A DNA stretch of 63,304 nucleotides, counting the filler, from Choristocarpus tenellus KU-1152 (lineage: Eukaryota > Protista > Phaeophyceae): the NCBI GenBank assembly GCA_964200185.2. It is 10 parts of 10 records of this genome, joined end to end, with 100 filler letters (N's around TTAATTAATTAA, not from the genome) between each part and the next. Parts side by side here need not be neighbours in the genome. Positions count along the whole stretch, not along the records: positions 54,614 to 57,963 come from CAXNAD020020626.1; positions 58,064 to 60,643 come from CAXNAD020026587.1; positions 60,744 to 63,304 come from CAXNAD020026763.1; 7 more parts are not named here. One strand, written 5' to 3'. The position numbers and the translations under genes are program-made. Positions 54,614-63,304 of the stretch are shown piece by piece. Every line of letters begins with the position of its first letter. Within the stretch, counting starts at the first letter, position 1. The notes beneath the pieces are model-generated. The model was not told the DNA's origin. It did not search any database and saw only the letters and a program-made list of their open reading frames with translations.

Positions 54614-54927
54614 GGGGTGCTCTCTCTTATTATCTTATTGTTTATTACATATATCAGCTGACTCATCAGCTGACACATCAAAACGTGTCCTGCCGTTACG
54701 TCGTACTCTGTCATTTATCCTGTGTAGCTAGTACTATGTCAGAACTCCTCCATCAGTCCATTTATATCAAGCAATAAGAAATCGATCATCTAAGATTCAA
54801 ACTCATTACTTTACGCACACGAACAAAAGTCAATGACACTTGTTTCACTTAGCCAACATTCCTGTTGTCCTAGTAGTGTTCACTAAACACGTATAAACCA
54901 TATAGACTATCAGCCAATATTGCACAG
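54614..54927 (-). mobile_element. Inverted, diverged partial copy of the LTR at 56183-56779
   Basis: Reverse complement aligns by eye to ~56440-56735. Confidence 0.8.
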
Positions 54928-55119
54928 ATATTAGTGAAGAGATCTATTAAGGTGTATGTGATGTATGTGATGTATGGTCTGGAAAGATTGTGCGTTTGGT
55001 CAAGGGACTTTATGGCACCAAACAGGCAAGCAGGGAGTTTAATAATCTATTGGTGCACGTTTTGGAACAGTGTGGTGTTGAGCAATGCAGAGCAGATCCC
55101 TGTGTATTGCGCTATGTAG

Positions 55120-56102
55120 GACATGGCGTTGTTTGTGATGTGATAGCCCCCACGTAGACGATCTTTTGGTAGCTGGTAAAATTGATGTTTTGATTTGGGT
55201 TCGCTCAAGGATCAAAGAGCAGTTTTCCATAGAAGACTTCGGTGATCTTGAGTATTATATGGGTTGTGAGATTTCACGTGACAGAACTGCACAGATTGTC
55301 ACCATCAGTCAGACTAGGTACATTAAGAGTGGTTGTCAAAGATTTGGTATGAATGGGGCGAAGAAGAGGTCGGTACCCCATGATCTCTCAAGGACTTTAG
55401 ACAAGAGTGAGAATCATCCAAGTGTTGATGAACATACACCGTACAGAGAGGCAGTTGCTAGTTTGATGTGGGCATCTGTTATGACTAGGCTTGACATTGC
55501 AAATGCAGTTCGTGAAGTTGCCAAGTACATTGGCAATCCCAAAGTCACACATTGGCGTGCAGTGAAATGTATTCTAGCATATTTCAATACGTGTCCCAGT
55601 GTTGGATTGAGGTTTGGTGGTTATAATACTGATTGTGAGTTGAGTGCGTATGCCAATGTTAGCTATGCTGGAGACTGGAATGATCGTAGATCAGCGACTG
55701 GTTGATCAATAATGTCTGCAGGAAGAGCAATATCTTGGATGTCAAAGGTACAAAGAGTTGTGGCTCTATCTTCAACGGAGTGAATACATAGCTCTTAGCA
55801 ATGTGGCACAGGAATTACTTTTCTTGGGAAGTGTTTTTGAGTTTGTTCAGCCACAGTTTCCTAGGCATTGCATTGACATGTTTGAGGACAACGATGGTGC
55901 ATGCAAACTAGTACGAAATGCCACAAGCTCTACTAGAACAAATCACATTGATGTCCAACATCATTTTCTGAGGGACTAGTCTAGAAAAGGAGAGATTCGT
56001 GTTGTTTTTGTTGGTAATGCAAATCAGAGGGCAGATGTATTGACCAAGAATTTGCCAGTTCGAGTTCTTAGACAGCATGTGAAGTTTTTGACGAACATGT
56101 AA
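55120..56102 (+). mobile_element. Ty1/Copia RT C-terminus + RNase H pseudogene
   Basis: DFGDLEYYMG, PYREAVASLMW...TRLDIA, DRRSATG, EYIAL, FEDN, RTNHIDVQHHFLRD; stops and a frameshift. Confidence 0.95.
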
Positions 56103-56182
56103 GGTAACATGTGTGTGTGTGTGTGTGTATGTGTTTTGTTAATGCAGTCGAGTGTTAATACTTATTTTCAGCAAGGAGAGGA

Positions 56183-56779
56183 TATCGAATAACCTAGTGT
56201 CAACCTTACGTTATCTGTGCTGATCAATTATATAACATAGGTTATATGTACGTTTATAGTTAGGTACGATACAAAGTACGAACGTGCATAAAAATATAAT
56301 AAGTCAGCATTCATCCACACGTCAGTGATGATGGATGGCTGGCAGACAATTAATGATTCAGTATATGCTTTACCATGTAACTCAACTACTAGCTTTCGGC
56401 GACGACTTATATGCGCCAAGTGTTTCAACAAATGAAAGTGTGCCACATAGGCTGGTAGTATACATGGTTTATACATGTGTAGTACTGAAAAACAACAGAA
56501 TTGTTGACTAAGTGGATTAAGTGTAATCAATTTGCTATCGTGTGCCTAGAGTAATCGGTTCGATTTTTGAATGATTGTTTTCTTATTACTTGATATATGT
56601 GGATTGAGGGAGGATCACTGACGTAGTACCCCACTTTACTTTCACAGGATAAATGACACAGTACGATCAACGGCAGGCCACATATTTGATGTGTCTGCTG
56701 ATGTGTGCAATAAGATAATAAGAGAGAGCACCCCCCACCACCGAGGGCTGTGCTCATTCCGCTAATAAACACATCGATA
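56183..56779 (+). mobile_element. Putative Copia 3' LTR (~600 bp) with TATCGA...TCGATA ends
   Basis: Follows purine tract AAGGAGAGGA; 6-bp inverted ends; AATAAA near the end; a different element begins immediately after. Confidence 0.65.
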
Positions 56780-57864
56780 TCACATAGAGCAAAGATTCTA
56801 TTGAATAGTTTTCTTTTGCATAGAAAGGGTATGACAAGAAGGTTTCAATCACATAAAGCAAATATTATATTGAATAGTTTTATTTTGCATAGAAAGGGTA
56901 TGACAAGAGGGTTTCAAGATTTGTATCCACGAATGCCCAGGCTTTGGGGAACGGGAGCCATATCCCGATCAAAGAATGGCAAAAACGCGGGGGGTTATCT
57001 CCGATGCAATTTTGAAGATCACGACTTCAAAACGGACAAAAATGAAGTAGTTGTCCGAACTCCTTGCAAAAAACTGGTCCGGGGTAGGTCGCTGCCCAAG
57101 TTTGACCGGAGTGGCGATACCGAGAAAAAAAAACAAGATTTCCGGACATCTTTTTAACGTCATTTGCAGACTTTCTGTGAGCACACACACACGTGACGTA
57201 CGCAGCAGCATGAACCATGACGGTGAGACCAGGAGAGCCACCGACGCCACTCTGCGCCCTGGATCTACCCTCGGTACCTTCTCTGCCGAGAGGCGACGGA
57301 AAAGCAAGTACCGTGTGACACTCAGTGCGATGTTAGGTGACGAGAAAGTTCAAGTAGTGTGGTTTAGCAGCATGATCAAATCACGAAATGGATCACGTGG
57401 CCGCGACACTGACACTGAGAGAAGCTGCATTGAAAGTATTACCACACAAACGTGGTTAGATCTTCAACCACTTCGGAGCACTGCTCTGCAGTCTCTGCCC
57501 CCTCAGGAAAGCAGGAAGAGAGTGGCGAGTCCATCACCAGGAGGTATAGTGACCAAGTCTGTGGGGAAGCCTGGTCACGGCAGGCGAAGGGAGAACCAGA
57601 GTGGCCGGCCGAAGGGAAGATTGGGGAAGAGAGCAGTGCGACTGTGTGCCATTGCGCTCAGGAAACGTCTAAGCGAAAACCCGGGTGTAGAATATCTTAG
57701 TTCTCGACATTTGCAGCAGGCCCTAGCTGTTTGGAAGGCATGTGAGCTGGAGTGGCATAAGGAAACGAAAAAGAAGGTGCTAGGGTTGGGCTACAAGGGT
57801 TTTGAAGCCCGAAAGAAGGTAACCCATTTTCGCCGCTCAAGAAGGAAATATGATAGTAAAGACT
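56780..57864 (+). mobile_element. Second copy of the 6458-8253 element, starting with a ~69-bp tandem duplication and bounded by LTR sequences on both sides
   Basis: High DNA and peptide similarity to the reverse complement of 7070-8030. Confidence 0.85.
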
Positions 57865-58063
57865 GTTACAGGCGCCCCTCAATGCTCACCTTTCCAGGAA
57901 GTACAACTCAAATCCAACGACCATAAAACGACGCTATGGGGGCGTTGCCTTTTACAATGAGTTNNNNNNNNNNNNNNNNNNNNNNNNNNNNNNNNNNNNN
58001 NNNNNNNTTAATTAATTAANNNNNNNNNNNNNNNNNNNNNNNNNNNNNNNNNNNNNNNNNNNN

Positions 58064-60643
58064 AGTGGTAGGTGAAAGCAAAGGAGAGCAATCAGAAAAT
58101 CAGGGGTACGAGATGAGGAGGGGAGAACAAGGCAACCTCCGAGCAAGCTTCTCTCCGTGTTAACATATGAGCAACATGGCAAACAGGAGGGACAATGACG
58201 CTGTGTGGACCGAGATGGAGCGGAAAAATGAAGGGGCAAACGAAGGGACAAGAAGAGGGATGCAAGGAACAGGAAGCAGAGAGGGGAACAATGGTGGCGC
58301 AGAGGGTGCAGGCATATATCGAAACGGCGCAACTGGAAATGGGAACATTCGAGACGGGAGAGAGAGAGCAGACAGGGGTGGACGAAGGAGACGACCAAGA
58401 GCAGAGGAGCGAGAGCAACCACAGCCAACCACAAAGTCAGAACGAAGAGATCCGCAAGTTGACGGAAAAAATAGACGGTGTGATGGAGATTCTACAAGAA
58501 ATATATCGGTCCAAAACATCAGAGAAGGGGGAAGAAGAAAGAGGGTCGGGAAGGGGGGTAGGAGCCACGAGGGAGAAGGGGTCGACAGCATCAACATCGA
58601 TGGCTGAAAGGTTCCAAGAGAAGTCACTGATGCAAGCGTGGAATCGGGTGGAGGTGAGAAAGTATTATGTACTGCTTGGGGCCATTCCCCTATTCATAAA
58701 GTCCGGGAATGCCAGGACAACCAAATACGAGTTGCAGAGGATTGTGGAGGAGACGACAGATGTGACAGAAGAGGTAGTAGCACAGCTGGAGCACCTGATA
58801 GGTTTCACGATCAGAGAATACATCCCAAAAGGAGAGCTAGGGAGGAAGACGGTTAAAGAAGACTATGAACTACCGGACAATTTTGACTGCTTTGTGGCAG
58901 TCATGGTGAGGATTTGTAAATATGGGGATAGGTGGAATAAGGGGCGGAGAAGGACAGAACGTGTAATCGATGATTTGGAAGAGGCTAGACTTAAAGTTCC
59001 CATGTTTTATGGGGCAAACAAACCAACACTGTTAGAGAGTCCACGGATCGTGGAGCTAACTTTCTGAGCAGTGGAGGAGGACCTCACGTGTTGGGAAAAG
59101 CGGTTGGTGGCAGCGGCGGATATATTAGGGAATAAATTTAGCACACCACCCTCCCCTGACACGCTGATACCACTCCCACCGAGCCCGTTTTTCACATGTC
59201 TAGAAGCGACTCTGGCCCAAGCAAAGAACATGCTACCTGCCCTATATAGCACTGAGTCCCGCTCCCGATCCGTGAAGATGGCAGGGACATGGGAGGAGAC
59301 TAGGACTTCGAAATCTCCCAGGGCTGAAGATCGAAACAGAGCAGGAAGAACAAGGGAAGGGGGAAGGACCTACAACCAGTGCTATGCGTGGAAGGCAGGA
59401 AAGGAGAGTGAATTCCTGAAGAAAAATGGGTTCTGCAGATATGACCATTTTGAGGAAGGGGGAGGAGAGAGAGAGAAGGAGGCTCAGACCGAGGCCAAGG
59501 TTAAAAAGAAAGACCCATGAGGACACGGGCCCACCCCTACCCAGGGGGGGGCGGCAAGAGGAGACCAATGGACGTCAAGACTACCACAACATCGACAAGG
59601 GACGTCGGGGATTTCAACACCAGGCACAATACGCCGGACACTCAAAGGTAGAGGGGGGGGGGAGAGGGGAATAACGGATGAATTTGAAGATTGGTTGAGA
59701 ATATGGCAGGAGTGGAAAAGAAAAAAGGATAGGGTAATATTAGGGGAGGGATTGGAGGAGTTGGCAAAGAAAGGGGAAGTACTAATAGGGGAGTGTGGGG
59801 GGGACTTGGCGACTCTAGTGGATAGGTTAGGGGAAAGATGGAGTCCCAAACGGTTGGATTGGGAGACGATTAATGACCACTTTGGGAAAAAGATCGGGTT
59901 CCCCCAGATAGAACATAACTCCAACAGGTAGTGAAAAAGGGAGTGCCAGTATGCGTAAGGGGAATAGGCTGTGTTGAGAAGAGACTAGAGTATGGAAACC
60001 ACACAAGCGCAAGAAGTACGAAGGAGGCCCTACTAGAAAAGGTAGTGAGAGATGTGAACCAGGGTAGAGTTTTGGTGTTCCCAAAAAGGATGTGGGAGAA
60101 GATTCCAGGATTGCAGGTGTCCCCAGTGGGTGTCATTCAAGAACCCACGAAGGTAAGGATTATCCATGATTTGTCATACCAGCAAGAGAGTTGGGGACCA
60201 AGTATGAATGATCAGACAGAGTTAGAGGATGCCCCCCCTGTACATTGTGGAACAGTGATAGGGGACGTAATTAGGAGAATTGTGGGTCTTAGGAAGAAGT
60301 TCCCGGGGACGAGGATTATGATTAGTAAGATGGATGTGAAAGATGCTTTTCGCCAAGTACCAGTAGACCCACAAGGGGCAGCAAAGTTTGGATACTGTCT
60401 GGGAGATTTGCTAGTGATTGATTTTAGACTCCAATTTGGGTAGCCCGGGGTGGTGGGACCTCTTAGCGAGTGCACTCGAATGTTCACATTGCCATACAGA
60501 TCCCAAGTCGACAGTAGTCCTCGAAGAAGCAGAAAGGATTGCGGTAGGGGTAATGTACTCGAAGCAGGAGGGCAGGAGGGAGTTTAGGACAATAGACGAG
60601 ACTGGAAGGTGCAGGACATAGAAGGGGGGGGGGTGGAGGACCC
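58064..60643 (+). mobile_element. DIRS/Ngaro-like (tyrosine-recombinase) retrotransposon fragment: gag-like ORF plus RT N-terminal half
   Basis: NHTSA, VSPVGVI...KVRIIHDLS, KMDVKDAFRQVPV and DFRLQFG motifs of DIRS-type RT; in-frame stops; the YR gene lies outside the contig. Confidence 0.8.
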
Positions 60644-63304
60644 NNNNNNNNNNNNNNNNNNNNNNNNNNNNNNNNNNNNNNNNNNNNTTAATTAATTAAN
60701 NNNNNNNNNNNNNNNNNNNNNNNNNNNNNNNNNNNNNNNNNNNGTCAAAGTATCTGGGGGGGGGGGGTGCCAGCGTCCATTTTTGACCCCCACGGGCTTA
60801 CCCAGGCACAATCCCCCTGTCGGTTCTTTGCTTTTTAGACAGCTGAAGCATGGTGAATGGCTGCTACCTAACTAAGAGCTTCCTCTCCTCTTCACTGCCT
60901 GGCGCAGCTCCCTCCTGTTTCCACTCACAGGAATTGCACCCTGCAGTAGTACCTCAACCCAGTTATGGAAGGACCCTCTTGTCGTCGTGTAGTCACCATG
61001 TTTTTGCTACGAATAAGAAATTTATTAGTATTATTGTGGAGCCAATATATTGGGAATGAGGTACTACCTCACAATATAAATATCTATATTAATATGTGCC
61101 AACTCAAGACACGTAGACTACACATACTCCGGATTACTATACACTTCACTGAATGAGCCAAACCAATTGCGAGGTAGGCAGGGTGACAGTTGAAGGACCC
61201 CAAGAAAAGGCAAGAAGGTATCGTTTTATACAATTGCAGAAAGAAACTTTGCTCAACGGTGGTGACAGTCACATTGTGCACGGAAAGAGGGAACATCAGT
61301 TTTGCATACATTATTGTGCACATAGAGCAATGAACTAAAATAGAGTGCATTGCACAGGGTAAGAAATATGACTTAGAATGTGAAGGGTCCAAACCTGCCA
61401 TCCTCTCAGCTGATTTACCTTATCATGTACTACCTTTAACAATGTACATCGATTATATTCAACTTACCAACAATCATAGTAGGCAGCAGCATTCAGTACA
61501 TGGTCTGCCAAAAAATATCCGTGGAGCACCCTACTCCAGTGGGTGGCTTTGAACCCCTTCACACTCAGACGACCACAAACAGTTAGGTCTTGTATTGTGG
61601 GGCAGGCATGTTTCACCCAGAAGAACAATCGTGTTTGTGGTAAATAAAAAAAATTATCTGTCCCTTTGTTCTCCCCTTCCTCAACTGCCGATACATTTCT
61701 ATCATTTATCAAGTGAGTTTTTAGGTAAGATACACTTCTCTCTAGACACCAAACAGCGTCCCCCACATGGTGCTGATATCTTGCAGGCCGACGGCAAGAG
61801 CAACAGCAATAAGACACTCCACGTACAAGGGGCGTATTGTCTGGCTTTGTCAGAGGGTGCATCACCACCAGCATCAAAAGAGGTTTTTCAACAGTAGTGG
61901 ATACCTCTTGTTTTCATCTACCTAAGGGCGACCAAACAATCAGAGCGACATCACTGGCGTTGAATTCCACCAAGTGAAGGGCAGGATCAAAATGGAAGCA
62001 TGCGCACTCCACCAACACAAAACCCTTTCCACTATTTCGAATGAGAAGTCCTTAAATAGACCTTCAACACACCCTGGAGAACAAACCAACTTCAACGATT
62101 ACTGACTGCCCACCAACACCATCATCACACACACCTCTCTTCAACAAGCTCCATCCAACTCCTATCAAGAGAAGAACCAAACTGGCAAGCATTCACTCTT
62201 GAAAGTAGGTCACTCTTCCAGTGGTGCAGGCATCACGCTCCCGAAGGTTGCACCTATCTGTACCAACACAATCCACCAATGCACTTCTGACACACACACA
62301 CACAACACACTCCTAACACACTGAAAGTAGGCACAAAAAGAAATAACTAAGCAAGTCAAGTTTGGCCCCAACTCGGACTAAATGATAACCAAGCCTGAAA
62401 CCCCAGAACAAACCAAGACAAGGTCAGGTTCTTCTCTGAAAGACTCGATAGTACACATCAGTTCATAGAACTTGCCATCTATACCAATTGAATGTATACC
62501 TAGTTCTCCCTTCTCCCTCGCTTCCTCCCTTAAAAGTACCTTTCTAATTATGCTGAATCAACCACCTCCTATCGTTCATGTGGGGTATAGACAACAACAC
62601 TAAAATGTTATGCTAGTACAGCCAAAGACAGACAAGTCGCGTCTACCCTGCTGCACCAGGTTATATTCTACACCCGCACAAGGGGGGTGGAAACACCAAT
62701 CATAAAATCAAATTGGACCGTCTAACAGCAAGAAAGAACATCTTAGGGGACAATAATGCAACTGCCCCCCACCCAACCCCCTCCAATTTTCCAAAAGACA
62801 CCCCCCTGTAGCACCTTGAGGAAACACCACAATCCCTAACCCTAACCCTCCTTCATTTCCTCTCCATCCTACAACAAACAGGGCATCAGACTCTCCTGAC
62901 ACAGCAATAATTAAGTTCAGAGTGCATCAACACAGAGTGGACCCTCATCCACACCACCACCACCACCAACACAACACAACACAACACAACACAACACAAC
63001 CATCACCCCAACCGCAACAACCATCAAGTGTCCCTTTCACTCAAACACAAACACAAACATACTCCCCTGCCTTTGGTGGATGTAGGAAGAGCAAATAGAT
63101 AAGCAGAATACCAAGATTGGCTAAACAAAAAAAGAGTGGGGGACTGCCTCCCCCTCCCCAAGACAACAGTCGTTCCCAGCAGTTTACCACTCTTGTCTCT
63201 CCTTGTTGCTCTTTCACTGGAGGCTATCATGTAAAAGAACAAGAAGACCGAGGTGTCAATCACAGAGCGCTTGCATGCATGGAGGCTGAAGGGGCACCCC
63301 CACC

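Noticed and set aside
57051-57926. 291-aa ORF as a host gene
   Set aside because: Lies in a repeat that is frameshifted in the other copy, and its end runs into an inserted LTR
3638-60743. Recurrent palindromic TTAATTAATTAA
   Set aside because: Assembly linker embedded in Ns; adjacency across linkers has no biological meaning
60744-63304. Short ORFs in the last contig, and most other 60-130 aa ORFs in the track
   Set aside because: No recognisable motifs; consistent with intronic or intergenic sequence, or shadows of real exons

Overview
This is eukaryotic draft-genome sequence, not one locus. Ten unrelated contigs (1-3637, 3738-9267, 9368-20664, 20765-35446, 35547-40677, 40778-50879, 50980-54513, 54614-57963, 58064-60643, 60744-63304) are joined by artificial 100-bp N-TTAATTAATTAA-N linkers. 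Long spliceosomal introns, a PTOX with a bipartite-like leader and a Pmp/adhesin-like gene suggest a photosynthetic stramenopile, probably a brown alga (inference). Host genes reconstructed by hand from splice sites: PTOX (7 exons, one GC-AG intron), eIF3 subunit L (5 exons), a MYND+SET protein, and a GGA-repeat surface protein. The rest is dominated by transposon debris: plant-type mariners, Copia, DIRS-like and pogo remnants. The most interesting system is an apparent Sola-type DNA transposon family that the ORF track hides. It has three parts: (i) a Sola-like DDD transposase pseudogene split into at least 8 exons (35860-40677); (ii) eight copies of a ~259-bp MITE with GAG...CTC ends and 4-bp target-site duplications, two of them inside introns of that transposase; (iii) related CAAAGTATCT-type termini at five contig ends. 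No CRISPR, rRNA or intact tRNA was found. All family assignments come from motif recognition, not database searches.
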